64,000 nucleotides of DNA. Origin: Candidatus Poseidoniaceae archaeon. Its GTDB lineage: Archaea > Thermoplasmatota > Poseidoniia > Poseidoniales > Poseidoniaceae. The stretch lies in the NCBI GenBank assembly GCA_964218365.1, contig CAXPMI010000041.1, positions 1,825 through 65,824 of the forward strand. Reading direction: 5' to 3'. A program made the position numbers and the translations under genes. Positions 35,601 through 44,980 of this stretch are shown piece after piece. Numbering within the stretch: the stretch's first letter is position 1; the number at the start of each line of letters is the position of its first letter. The notes below the pieces were generated by a model, which had not been told where the DNA came from, made no database searches, and saw only the letters and a program-made list of their open reading frames with translations.

Positions 35601-38600
35601 GTCGGTGGAACTTCATCGCCAGTATTCAAATCCCACATTCGCAATCCGTCTGTAGAAGAAACTGTAACGAAAGAATTGCTAACTACACTTCCTCCTGTTG
35701 ATTCAATTACCGAATAACGCCCAATGATTTGCCCTCCATTGATACCAGCCTGAATTACGGTAGCACCATTTTCGCCAACTGTAATGAGATAGTTTCCATC
35801 AGATCGCATATTGTAGACAGGCCAGTCTTGCATGGCAAAGACATTGACTCCGGCATTGAAATCACCAGTACTGCGAATCCAGTGAACAAGAGGCCCAATA
35901 TCTGTAGCGATATGGATTCCATACAAATCTGCAGTAACAGCGGTTACTGTATTGGATGGTAATTGGTCGAATTGATGTAATTCAGAAACAGACTGAGAGC
36001 CCGTATCGAATTGCGTAATTCCAGGTCTGTCAGTACCTCTTCCATCGTGTGAGATGAATAGGCTATTCTGCGTAGTTGTGACTCCTGAAGAATTGGTAGA
36101 ACTCGTTGTCGCTCCTACTAGCGCCCATGTAGAAGTTCCCATTAGTCCGTCAGCCTTGCCGTAATTTGTAATCGACATAGCCACAGGGTCATATTGCGAT
36201 ATTCCATTTGGCGTTGCCATCCAGATGTCGCCATCAAATTCGATGATGTCTTCAACGAATGAAATTGGCAAGCCATCAAGAGCAGTCCATGCAGTCTCCC
36301 ACTTGTCACCTGTGGCATTCCACCTTGCAACACCATTATTTGTTGCAATGTAAATTGTTTCAGAAGTGATTTGGCCAAATTGGGTTGTCTCAGTCACTGT
36401 AAGGAAGGAGTTGATATTATTCGATGGAAGGCCTGCTAGTAGCCTTCCAGCAGTGTAATTATTAGTTGTTGTATTGAATATTTGAATTCCTGCAGAGGAC
36501 GAACCGGAACCTTGCAATCCAATGAATAGTTCATCGCCAACAAGTTTCAATCCATCTTGGAAATTATGAATTCCTGTTGGCACAGGTTGAATTGTTCCAG
36601 AAAGAGTATCTAGCATTCTCATTCCCCTGTTATTACTCGCAAGATACAGATTTGTTCCGACAATTTCGATGTCGGTAACGTATGCATTAGCCGGTATTGT
36701 CCATCCTTTCTGCCATTCAACAGATCCATTGGATAATTTGAGCCCTTGAAGCACACCAGAACCAGTACTCTGCCAAGAAGCAGAGGCTACCCAAACATGA
36801 GTTTGGTTACCTGCAATCGATGTTATTTGGCCGCTTACTAAATTTGGTAGAGCGTGGATTGTGTTCTGGCCTGTCTGATCGATGGTATCGACATGAGAAT
36901 ATCCAGATGTCCCTCCAGCTTGTCCAATTATCCATTGTGTTCCAATATAGTCAACCGAGGATACTGGAGACCCAGTGGACCTGATTCCAGCGTTTCCAAC
37001 AGTAGCGCCGTTTGCAGACAGAATAGCAAGACCGCCACCGATTACATTGTTACCCTGAGTTCCAATGTCATAGCCGATAACTAGTTTGCCAGCAGCGTAG
37101 GTCATCGCTCCCCACCAAACCGGGTCACTTGGGATGTTGTGGGAAGACGAAGTTAGGCTGGTCAACCACTGGTCGTTAGTGTAGTCGTATCTTGAAATGG
37201 GTTCCCCATCGTCGTGGTATGCGACGTATAGGATCTCATTTGCATCATCACATGCAACTGCAGCTGCATTTCCATCATCTAGTCTAGTAGAGGTGGTGAA
37301 GGCAGATTCAACGGTTCCAGTATCCAAATCGAAGCGAGCCACACCACCGTTATTGGAGGTCATTGATACGTGGAATAATCCTCCACACATTTCCATTCCA
37401 ATTGGATATCCGTTTGGTATTCCGTTGGAGCCACCGTCCCAAGAGACCCAGTTTCCACTTGAGTCGAGGTGCATGATTTCACCGTCAATGCCCTGCCAAC
37501 CTTGGTTTCTTGCAGTACCAACAACTAGGTCTGTACCGTTAGTCCACAATTCGTAGACAGTATCGTCTGCAGAGTTAGGCAATCCGTTTCCTGCAGTCCA
37601 ATCAGATAACCATTGTTCGGAGGATTCATCGAATCTTGCAACTCCATCTTCTGTTGCGAATAGGGTTTCCCCGTCGAAGTCAACAATTTCTCTGATTGGG
37701 AATTCTAGGTCATCCCATTCGCCGAGTTTTGTTCCATTTGGGTAAAACGCCTCTAGTTTTTCTTCACCCCATGATATCCATTCTATACCGTTGGAAGATA
37801 TGTGAGATGTAACTCTGTTTACTGCTCCACTAGGCAGCAATTCTGCCTGCCAAGAGTCGGTTGTTAGGTTGTATAGGGCGATTCCACCGCTACCTTGCGT
37901 TTGCCACCATTGTCCACTTGCTACAGAGACATATAGCACGTCGCCAATAATCTCCATGCCGTATACGTCGCCACCATTTTCATCTAACTGAGCTCCTGCG
38001 TCGAGGATGGATTTAGTAGTGAAATTAACGATATCAATTCTGTAAACACTGTCTGAAGAAAACTGCTGGTGGTAGTACAACGTATCTCCATAAATTGCTA
38101 GGTCGTAAGGGTCGCCACTTCCAATATATAGACTTCCAGTCTTTTCTATATCATATACCTCAGAACCTGTTGTGACGTTTATCAGTTGGAATCCGTCTGC
38201 TCCTCCGATCCATATTTGTCCCGGCCTAATATCAGCCACAAGTCCAGTTAAATCTCCGTTGCCACCGTCAAGGACATTGCTTTCAGTCCATGTTGGCAAC
38301 CATTGATTGTTTGGTATATCGTATCTAGCGACTCCGATTCCATTCAGGCCGATGTAAGCGATATCGTCGATTACTTCGACAAGTGCGTTGTCGGTGTCTT
38401 CTCCAGCTTCCCACGTATCGTAAACAGAAAGTGATGATTTGTCGATTAATCCTACTCCGTTACTCGTTCCACCGAAAATCGTAGTTCCGTTAAATCCTAC
38501 TGCGCTAACACCCCAATTCGGCATTCCATCTTGGGCGTTAACACAGTCATTGAGGCCAAGGGTTGCAACCGAATATTGGCAAACACCTATGTTTGTTCCT

Positions 38601-40972
38601 GCATAAATGGATCCTCCAGCAATTCCAGAATCTATTGCAAAATCAAAGAATTGTGATGGCTGTAGATTCCAAGTGCTCCCTCTTGGAAGTGCAGTCGCAG
38701 TATTTCCATCCCATCTGATGGCGCCGTTCGAAGTCCCTATGATCATCGCAGAATTGCCAGAGTAGGATTCTAAAGCGTACACTTGGTTTGTGGGTAAAAC
38801 TTCAGTGGCGCCTGTGTTTGGAGAATTTGGTTTTTGAGTAAGTGGAATCAAAATTTCGCCTGTGGAAAGGTCTTTTCTCGCAACACCATATCCAGGCAAT
38901 CCCATGTGCAGTACTTGTGGATTGGAGCCAAGTATTGCCACAGGTGCGAAGCCTACGTCATTTATTCCGGTTGAAACCCAGGCACCAAGGAATGTTTGAT
39001 TTGCGATTATGTATCTGTTAAGTCCATTGGATTGAGTTCCAATGTAAGCAATGCCATTGTGGATTGCAACGCCTGTGGGGCTGTCAGAATCCAAGTCGGT
39101 TGTTGCTTCATTTAGTGAAACAACAGTTCCTGCCACTGAAGTATTGAAGACGGAGGCACCATCTTCTGGATGGATTGCTACAACCCAGTCTCCTTCTACG
39201 TCGAGACCAGATACATCATCGGATTGTAATCCATCTGATGAATCCCATGTATCGATGACATTTCCGAACGTATCGACGATGTGAATACCACTACCCATAG
39301 TTCCAACCATGACATTTGTTCCATCGTTCACAATTTGGGAGACAGTATCTCCCATGTCAATCGGAGAAAGCCATCTTGATTGACCTAATGAGTATCTATC
39401 AAGGTAATTTTCGCTTCCAACGTAAATCATTCCGTTGAACTGCATGGCGTCTTCCATATCCCCCGAACTAGGGCTACTTCCAATTACGAAGTCACCAGTG
39501 TAGAGTGGTGAATTACCTGGCTCAAGCATTGCTAGGATTGCACTACCATCTGTTACCATGACAGTGTCGTTAGCGGGACTTCTAGGTCCGGAATTGGGCC
39601 AGTATACGATGTTTCGTGCATCGTTGATAAGACCTAAATCGCTGAGAGGAATAGAAGATGAAAACGTACCAGAATTAGTGTTGTAGATGTGAACAGTATC
39701 CCTTGTAAGAATCTGAATTTCGTTATTGACAACAGTCAAACCAGGCACTTCGTCCGAGGACAACCAGTTTCCGCTATTCCAAGTTGCAAGCCAGAAATTG
39801 TTTGATAGGTCACGTCTAGCGATTCCAGCATCAAAAGAGGAGATGAGAAGTTGGTTTCCAGCTACTGCGAAATCGCTGATAAAATCCGAATGGAGGTTGT
39901 TAGCAGTTGACCAAGGCGATAGGGGAGTCATCGATGATACATCCCATCTTCCGACTCCGCCATCTAACAATGAAACGTAGATTACGCCGTTATACTCGAA
40001 AACCTTCCAAGGCGTACCAGCAGGCCAGTTACTTGTGGAACTTGCTTGTTCTAAAGTCCAGCCAGTTCCGGCAGTGTTCAGTGTAAACACACCAGATTCA
40101 CTGAATGCAAACAAGTCACCGTTTGTGCCTATGTGCGCTTTGCTCCAAGCGCCACCAGAAGGTTCGGCTGGCAAATCTGGGTTCAGGCTTGTATCTGTTA
40201 GGTTGATGGAATGCATTACACCTTTTGCAGTAGTAATCAGCATTCGATTATTTGAGTCATCCATTACCAAATCTGTGATGTAATTATCATCAGGGTTCTC
40301 GATTTCAAACAGGTCAATTGCGTTGGGTGAAGATTGTGCGTCAAATACGATTACAAATGTGCCAATGGCAGCATACATCCTTCCATCTGCAGGATGAATT
40401 TCGTAATCTTGGATGTATAGTTCTACTGGCTCAAGAGAAGTGAAAGGATCAGCAGGTGCTAACGCCTCCAAGACGAATTCGGTAATTTCGCTACCTGAAG
40501 GCATGGTAACCGTTGCCCCAACGTCAGCATTCGGACCGAGCCTTCCCTGGTGAGGATTATCGGAATCAAAGCCGAAGTTCTGACCCATCCATCCATTTCC
40601 TCTCCAGTCAAACAGAACTTGGCCAGTATCGGGAGATAATAGCAGAGGCTGTTGTATGGTAACACCGTCTGTTCCGTCGACCATAATTTCCATGGAAACA
40701 TTGCCCAGAATCGCACCGGGGGCGAACTCTAGAGTCCAGTCAGTGCTAGCCTGTGTGCCGTTTGCAGGGTCTGCTCCTGTAGCGTTCAGAAGGACCCATC
40801 CGGTGTCTTCATCACCACCCATTGGCCATATTACGTTATTTGGGCCATCATGAGCACTGACTGTTGGAGAATATAGGATTGGACCCAATGATGCCAGGAT
40901 CATTATCATGACAAGATTGACAGCTTTCGTGCTGGATTTAGCAGGGCCTACGGCCCTGTGGGACTCGGTCAT
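32648..40972 (-). CDS. Giant (2774 aa) cell-surface protein: signal/anchor, long beta-propeller-type repeat region, five FN3-like modules, C-terminal TM and Q/P-rich cytoplasmic tail
   Basis: N-terminal hydrophobic AVNLVMIMILASLGPILYSPTVSA. At least 10 copies of a [AG]T.xG[VIL].R[WFY][DN]-like strand motif (IATNNGVARW, GTSNGAIRW, ATEDGVARFD, MATPNGISQYD, SNNGGVARFDL). Repeated D.P.DDGG..[IVL]..W...[DE]D...Y.[IV][WY] modules. TM MIIAGMVLISLLLLLLVV. 100-aa tail. Confidence 0.85.
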   Translation of the reverse strand: MTESHRAVGPAKSSTKAVNLVMIMILASLGPILYSPTVSAHDGPNNVIWPMGGDEDTGWVLLNATGADPANGTQASTDWTLEFAPGAILGNVSMEIMVDGTDGVTIQQPLLLSPDTGQVLFDWRGNGWMGQNFGFDSDNPHQGRLGPNADVGATVTMPSGSEITEFVLEALAPADPFTSLEPVELYIQDYEIHPADGRMYAAIGTFVIVFDAQSSPNAIDLFEIENPDDNYITDLVMDDSNNRMLITTAKGVMHSINLTDTSLNPDLPAEPSGGAWSKAHIGTNGDLFAFSESGVFTLNTAGTGWTLEQASSTSNWPAGTPWKVFEYNGVIYVSLLDGGVGRWDVSSMTPLSPWSTANNLHSDFISDFAVAGNQLLISSFDAGIARRDLSNNFWLATWNSGNWLSSDEVPGLTVVNNEIQILTRDTVHIYNTNSGTFSSSIPLSDLGLINDARNIVYWPNSGPRSPANDTVMVTDGSAILAMLEPGNSPLYTGDFVIGSSPSSGDMEDAMQFNGMIYVGSENYLDRYSLGQSRWLSPIDMGDTVSQIVNDGTNVMVGTMGSGIHIVDTFGNVIDTWDSSDGLQSDDVSGLDVEGDWVVAIHPEDGASVFNTSVAGTVVSLNEATTDLDSDSPTGVAIHNGIAYIGTQSNGLNRYIIANQTFLGAWVSTGINDVGFAPVAILGSNPQVLHMGLPGYGVARKDLSTGEILIPLTQKPNSPNTGATEVLPTNQVYALESYSGNSAMIIGTSNGAIRWDGNTATALPRGSTWNLQPSQFFDFAIDSGIAGGSIYAGTNIGVCQYSVATLGLNDCVNAQDGMPNWGVSAVGFNGTTIFGGTSNGVGLIDKSSLSVYDTWEAGEDTDNALVEVIDDIAYIGLNGIGVARYDIPNNQWLPTWTESNVLDGGNGDLTGLVADIRPGQIWIGGADGFQLINVTTGSEVYDIEKTGSLYIGSGDPYDLAIYGDTLYYHQQFSSDSVYRIDIVNFTTKSILDAGAQLDENGGDVYGMEIIGDVLYVSVASGQWWQTQGSGGIALYNLTTDSWQAELLPSGAVNRVTSHISSNGIEWISWGEEKLEAFYPNGTKLGEWDDLEFPIREIVDFDGETLFATEDGVARFDESSEQWLSDWTAGNGLPNSADDTVYELWTNGTDLVVGTARNQGWQGIDGEIMHLDSSGNWVSWDGGSNGIPNGYPIGMEMCGGLFHVSMTSNNGGVARFDLDTGTVESAFTTSTRLDDGNAAAVACDDANEILYVAYHDDGEPISRYDYTNDQWLTSLTSSSHNIPSDPVWWGAMTYAAGKLVIGYDIGTQGNNVIGGGLAILSANGATVGNAGIRSTGSPVSSVDYIGTQWIIGQAGGTSGYSHVDTIDQTGQNTIHALPNLVSGQITSIAGNQTHVWVASASWQSTGSGVLQGLKLSNGSVEWQKGWTIPANAYVTDIEIVGTNLYLASNNRGMRMLDTLSGTIQPVPTGIHNFQDGLKLVGDELFIGLQGSGSSSAGIQIFNTTTNNYTAGRLLAGLPSNNINSFLTVTETTQFGQITSETIYIATNNGVARWNATGDKWETAWTALDGLPISFVEDIIEFDGDIWMATPNGISQYDPVAMSITNYGKADGLMGTSTWALVGATTSSTNSSGVTTTQNSLFISHDGRGTDRPGITQFDTGSQSVSELHQFDQLPSNTVTAVTADLYGIHIATDIGPLVHWIRSTGDFNAGVNVFAMQDWPVYNMRSDGNYLITVGENGATVIQAGINGGQIIGRYSVIESTGGSVVSNSFVTVSSTDGLRMWDLNTGDEVPPTSMRRADPLSVGFELQFQDITEFTHPGMQVSIVDPSNPVTLSTDGTPGPHGIPVQTSALTFSSPVDGAATWAKLVELKYNATVNLSNDPTFITSLQYAVDNGVLLNGTRIVTLSLNSPSNGSMWVKLTYDWFRTETPVQGLSLWDRPDDGGQTLMANWTLVHDDDFARYAVYLNEGPWTTQPTAADLQPRAPDATVSLHSRLQTEVSTINGQPLQDGTEYWAVVVVEYNDGRFGTPSTPFGPASPSDEVPTPPKWATATSGSTVVSADGEVFAEWARCEALDLSTTNVYASTTEITDALGLDVHTQFIPQIGNSSVMTLEAGKPHWLAFTCSDEGGQEDLVNATVIGPVVPTGGIDDGVPPPKLADVWAEDVPNDDGGRVQIGWTNSVADDCAFVTVYMIPAQDGENVPTNVVDMEEVAIVPDCETNMTIIDSIGEDSLIDGQAYWIGAVAFDKWLNGDIGDVTVLEVTPFVNNLNGPSEPERISELNAYDHPDDDGTAIDISWAPSQVDDFDYYVIWASEYPLDDLTETWERAGTEPGICGCIVMDKQWIDTEKSPIELTLNTALYGGNNLATSIPQQIMPDVPLYVAITVHDVKGNVHLDNLNTATATPIDNLADTTPPARLSGLNLYDRAGDDGTAVMLEFDLSEDSDVAYYEVYAAAFTFTSVGQSGTVKSPVATLDRSPTLPLTIDILVFDTLVVPNTPVTVAVVPVDWSGNAFRDNLVTSTAIAIDDGIEDVGAYLPDIEGVSLEWIDDSILVSWEHTTDPNVRRYVVYISDSEFENVADATNVGNASVSNTFLITPEIFPELSNDSSWWVGVSAKDDVNNRKVIESLRIGPVDSNVGSGDGEEDKDSTTDLGELLTTDNMIIAGMVLISLLLLLLVVRGRGKKPARNKEWELQEATWGIEARSGWDDVGSFGGQAAPPVAPPPSIQPAQQNDIYAAAQRIQQPSQPAMPQRWEQQTQPLQQQQPQGGIDTSFLDDLL
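33060..35200 (-). repeat. Five tandem FN3-like protein modules inside the giant surface-protein gene (protein-level repeat, diverged at DNA level)
   Basis: Module starts: LWDRPDDGGQTLMANWT..YAVYL; AEDVPNDDGGRVQIGWT..FVTVYM; AYDHPDDDGTAIDISWA..YYVIWA; LYDRAGDDGTAVMLEFD..YYEVYA; SLEWIDDSILVSWE..RYVVYI. Coordinates are approximate. Confidence 0.5.
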
Positions 40973-40993
40973 GAATTGCTATCCAAATTCAAT

Positions 40994-41046
40994 GGTATAT
41001 CAAGCGAATGCTCTGATGTTTTTCAAAAACGTCGGGTGTATCAAGC
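40994..41046. promoter_or_regulatory. Direct repeat GGT[A/G]TATCAAGC x2 in the divergent spacer between the giant surface-protein gene and maeB
   Basis: Copies at 40994-41005 and 41035-41046 match at 11 of 12 positions, 41 nt apart, in a 200-nt AT-rich intergenic region. Confidence 0.25.
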
Positions 41047-41173
41047 CTCGTTAACGGAATTATGTCGTCAATAAGGCTTCAATTGACATTCTTTCACACA
41101 AAGGTCAAACCCTTTCTCGTATCGAAGGATGATTGGAGAGATAACTTTGGATGAAAATTGGCGTGAACGCACA

Positions 41174-43447
41174 ATGAAAAAAGAGGCTCTTGACTATCAT
41201 GAGGCGTCTCCGCGAGGTAAGATCAAAGTTGTTCCAACCAAGCCACACTCTACTTCTCATGAACTATCATTAGCTTATTCTCCTGGTGTTGCATATCCTT
41301 GTCTCGAAATCGCCGAAAATCCAGATGATGCATACCGTTACACGTCCAAGGGTAACCTAGTTGCAGTTATCTCAAATGGCACTGCGGTATTGGGTCTTGG
41401 TAACATAGGCGCTCTTGCATCAAAACCGGTAATGGAAGGCAAGGGTTTGCTGTTGAAAACATTCGCTGATATCGATGTTTTCGACATACAGGTGGACACA
41501 GAAGACCCGGAAGAATTCATCAAAACGGTTTGCAATATTGCACCTACATTTGGCGGCATTAATCTAGAGGATATCAAAGCACCAGAGTGCTTCGAAATTG
41601 AGAGGAGAATTGCTGAGGCAACCGACATACCTGTAATGCATGATGACCAACATGGTACTGCGATAATTTCCGGCGCCGCATTACTCAACGCAGCAGAACT
41701 CCAGGGCAAGGATTTGGCGAGTATCAAAGTCGTTGTCGCAGGGGCGGGCGCATCTGCGATTGCATGTGCAAATCATTACGTCGCATTAGGTGTACACAGA
41801 AGCAACATCACAATGTGTGATTCCAATGGAATCATGACCAAGAAAAGGTTAGAATCCGGCGAATTAAATGAATTCAAAGCACCGTTCTCTGTTGACCGCC
41901 CTGAAGGAGATTTAGCTGATGCGTTGGTGGATGCAGATGTTCTACTTGGCCTTTCCAGAGGTGGATTAGTTACAGGGGAAATGGTTGCAAAAATGGCTTC
42001 AAAACCAATCATTTTTGCATTAGCAAACCCAACACCTGAGATTATGCCTCACGAGGTTACAGCGGTCCGCAGCGATGCAATAATTGCAACCGGGCGCTCG
42101 GATTATTCAAATCAAGTGAACAATGTTCTAGGTTTCCCATACATTTTTCGTGGAGCGCTGGATGTCCGCGCTAGGGACATAACTCAGGGTATGAAAATGG
42201 CTGCAACTAAGGCATTAGCAGACCTAGCTAAAGAACCAGTTCCAGATTACATCGCACACGCATACTCTGGGGAAGAGATGCAATATGGGCCTGAGTACAT
42301 TATTCCAAAACCATTCGACCGAAGAGTTCTGATTTGGGAAGCTGCAGATGTGGCAGAAGCGGCAGTTATGGAAGGAGTAGCGGCAATTAAGCCAGAGGAT
42401 TTCGACAAACAAGCGTACAAGGAGTCCTTGGAAGCAAGACTTGGAATGTCTTACTCTGTTATGAGAGGAGTATTCAATCAGGTGAAGGGGAAGAAGAAGA
42501 AAATCGTCTTCCCCGAAGGTGACCATGAGAAGGTCATTAGGGCCGCAGCACAGTGTATTGAACAAGACATATGCCAACCAATTCTTCTAGGCAATGTAGA
42601 GAGTATCAAGGAGAAAATGGCTGATTTGAATATCGAATTTGAATGTGAAATCACAAACCCGCGATATGATGATCGCAGAATTGGAGATTACGACTTGAAA
42701 CTGCTAGAAAATCGCAGCAGAAAAGGAATGACAATGGTTGACGCTCAGAGGCTGCTGAAAAGTAGACCTTACTTTGCAGCACAAATGGTAGAATCCGGTG
42801 ATGCAGACGGTTTCCTTGGTGGGATTAGCAGAAATTATGCCGATGTATTACGTCCATGTTTGGAAGTTATCGGTAGTGATGCGGACAGTCATTGTGCAAT
42901 TGGCTGTTACATGATGGTAGTCAAGGGCAGGTTGATTTTCCTAGGAGATGCAACAGTGAATGTTTATCCTGACAGCAAGACACTTGCGGATATCGCAGTA
43001 CAAACCGCGAAGGTTGCTAGAAGATTCGGACTTGACCCGAAGGTTGCAATGCTATCATTTTCTAATTTTGGAAGCAGTCGTGCTCAGCGCTCCGAGAGAA
43101 TTGAAGAAGCTATTGAGATGGCTCTACAGATGGATCCAACGCTGAATATTGATGGTCCAATGCAAGCAGACACAGCACTTGACATCGATGTTCAATCAGA
43201 ATATCCATTCATGTCATTTGATGGTCCTGCGAACGTACTTATTTGCCCGAATTTAGCCTCTGCAAATATTGCTTACAAACTGCTTGAGAAATTAGGAGAT
43301 GCAGAAATGACAGGACCAATTCTTGACGGTTTGGATAAGCCTGTACAACTTCTAGCAAGAGCGGATGGAGTAAGACACATTGTGAACATGGCAGCAATTT
43401 GTGCGCTCGATGCAATAAGGCAGGAATCCTACTGGACTAGTCTTTGA
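41174..43447 (+). CDS. maeB: NADP-dependent malic enzyme, MaeB type (malic enzyme plus phosphate-acetyltransferase-like domain)
   Basis: Start trimmed to ATG 41174 (MKKEALDYHEASPRGKIKVVPTKP parallels the MaeB N-terminus). LAYSPGVA, GGINLEDI, VVAGAGASAIA. C-terminal PTA-like half of about 330 aa. Confidence 0.9.
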   Translation: MKKEALDYHEASPRGKIKVVPTKPHSTSHELSLAYSPGVAYPCLEIAENPDDAYRYTSKGNLVAVISNGTAVLGLGNIGALASKPVMEGKGLLLKTFADIDVFDIQVDTEDPEEFIKTVCNIAPTFGGINLEDIKAPECFEIERRIAEATDIPVMHDDQHGTAIISGAALLNAAELQGKDLASIKVVVAGAGASAIACANHYVALGVHRSNITMCDSNGIMTKKRLESGELNEFKAPFSVDRPEGDLADALVDADVLLGLSRGGLVTGEMVAKMASKPIIFALANPTPEIMPHEVTAVRSDAIIATGRSDYSNQVNNVLGFPYIFRGALDVRARDITQGMKMAATKALADLAKEPVPDYIAHAYSGEEMQYGPEYIIPKPFDRRVLIWEAADVAEAAVMEGVAAIKPEDFDKQAYKESLEARLGMSYSVMRGVFNQVKGKKKKIVFPEGDHEKVIRAAAQCIEQDICQPILLGNVESIKEKMADLNIEFECEITNPRYDDRRIGDYDLKLLENRSRKGMTMVDAQRLLKSRPYFAAQMVESGDADGFLGGISRNYADVLRPCLEVIGSDADSHCAIGCYMMVVKGRLIFLGDATVNVYPDSKTLADIAVQTAKVARRFGLDPKVAMLSFSNFGSSRAQRSERIEEAIEMALQMDPTLNIDGPMQADTALDIDVQSEYPFMSFDGPANVLICPNLASANIAYKLLEKLGDAEMTGPILDGLDKPVQLLARADGVRHIVNMAAICALDAIRQESYWTSL

Positions 43448-44258
43448 GTTGGATGACATTTCCTTCATCATCCAATCCCCATGTCGGCCTTTTAGGCCTC
43501 CAAAATGCTCCGGTTACAAACCCGGCACAGAGGCCTCCGAACAGTAGATTAGCCCAACCATCCACTGCATATGAGGAGAATCCTCTCAAAATTGGGATGG
43601 TAAAACTGGGAATGATACCAAGAATTGTAGTCCAGAATAATTCACTTCTGATGTTTGATGACAAGTTTGCATTATCGGGCACTCTAGGTACATCACCTTC
43701 TCTCTTTGGAGAAACGACTAATCTGAAGCCTACTTTTGGTAATGGCCTGTCCCCAGGCGTCGCAACTTGAGCATAGATGCCCTCCTTGGTAGGATGTGCA
43801 GACTGTGAGACTCTGTGTCCAGCCATTGGCCCGATCATCTCTCCTAACCTTGGTCTACCATCGAGGCTTGCACCTCTGTGATTACCAGTCGCTTCATCCG
43901 CCAATAATTCGGTCCATCCACAGGGAAGGGAAATCACTCCTTCAGCTGCCTTCCATTCGGATTGAGTAGGTCTTCTGACCTCTTCATCGAAATGCTGTGA
44001 AACTATGTCAGAAATCTTCTTGACATCTTCGTTTGTTATCATGTCTTTGAGTTCTTTAGAATCATTTTCTTCGCCGAGAATCTTGGAATATTGAGATTCG
44101 GTAATTGGCGATTCCATAATCATGAATGATGGTAAATTTACTCGGTGTCTCGGTCTTTCACTAGCATAAACCCAAGCACCTTTGTTGGTACCGAGATAGA
44201 TATCAGTTGCTTTGACTTTCACAAAGCGAAGGCCAAACGGCCCTTCGATAATTTCCAT
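43437..44258 (-). CDS. SUMF1/FGE-like domain protein with C-terminal TM helices
   Basis: RVNLPSFMIMESPITESQY and RRPTQSEWKAAEG resemble formylglycine-generating-enzyme-family motifs, but the GNVWEW-type motif is degenerate. Two C-terminal hydrophobic helices. 11-nt convergent overlap with maeB. Confidence 0.35.
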   Translation of the reverse strand: MEIIEGPFGLRFVKVKATDIYLGTNKGAWVYASERPRHRVNLPSFMIMESPITESQYSKILGEENDSKELKDMITNEDVKKISDIVSQHFDEEVRRPTQSEWKAAEGVISLPCGWTELLADEATGNHRGASLDGRPRLGEMIGPMAGHRVSQSAHPTKEGIYAQVATPGDRPLPKVGFRLVVSPKREGDVPRVPDNANLSSNIRSELFWTTILGIIPSFTIPILRGFSSYAVDGWANLLFGGLCAGFVTGAFWRPKRPTWGLDDEGNVIQLKD

Positions 44259-44260
44259 GC

Positions 44261-44956
44261 TTACACCTTCAGAGTTGCTTCAACTGCCTTGTACCAATTC
44301 ATACCAGCTTGATGGTCTTCAATTTGGGAGAATTGTGGATATGGTGAGATAGAGCGTACGTAACCAAATGCTGCTAGGTCAACTAGGTTCGGTGAATCCC
44401 CCCCAAAGAACGTTTTTCCACCGAATTCGTTTGTGAATTCACTCAGCAAATCATGCCACAATTTCTTCGGAGTTCTTCCATCTTTCTTGACACGTTTTCT
44501 TGCAATGATTCCCCACATAATCGGGAAACCTGCCCATGCGTACAATCGCTTAGAGATGAAACCAAATTTCTCTAATTTTGAAACACGGGTTGTGGTTTTG
44601 AGAGCAGAACCAAGGCTCCCATACAGAATCGGGATAGTTGCTTTTGACATGTGTAGGTCGACCCATTCCATCCATTCATCCCTCCTTGCTTCATCATCCG
44701 CAGCCCACAATTTCCCATCGTTGTGAGCGGCATCGATTTGCTTCATTATCGGTGTTGAATCAACATGAACGCCGCTATTAGAATCAACCCATACGGGAAC
44801 TTTTGTCCACTCAGGAGCACTAGGTAGTGTCTTCTTCTGCTTCATTGGATTGACTTGCACTCTTTCATGCGGTATGTCAAGGTGTTCTAGCAGACCTCGT
44901 ACCTTCCAACAGAAGGGACAAGTGTACAACATGTGCAACTGCCCAACGTTCGTCAT
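44261..44956 (-). CDS. Glutaredoxin-2/GST-like protein
   Basis: N-terminal thioredoxin-fold CPxC (LYTCPFCWKVRGLLE), VPVWVD, then a helical GST-C-like half. 231 aa. Confidence 0.6.
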   Translation of the reverse strand: MTNVGQLHMLYTCPFCWKVRGLLEHLDIPHERVQVNPMKQKKTLPSAPEWTKVPVWVDSNSGVHVDSTPIMKQIDAAHNDGKLWAADDEARRDEWMEWVDLHMSKATIPILYGSLGSALKTTTRVSKLEKFGFISKRLYAWAGFPIMWGIIARKRVKKDGRTPKKLWHDLLSEFTNEFGGKTFFGGDSPNLVDLAAFGYVRSISPYPQFSQIEDHQAGMNWYKAVEATLKV

Positions 44957-44980
44957 GAATCCGGCTGGTATGCCACCCCT

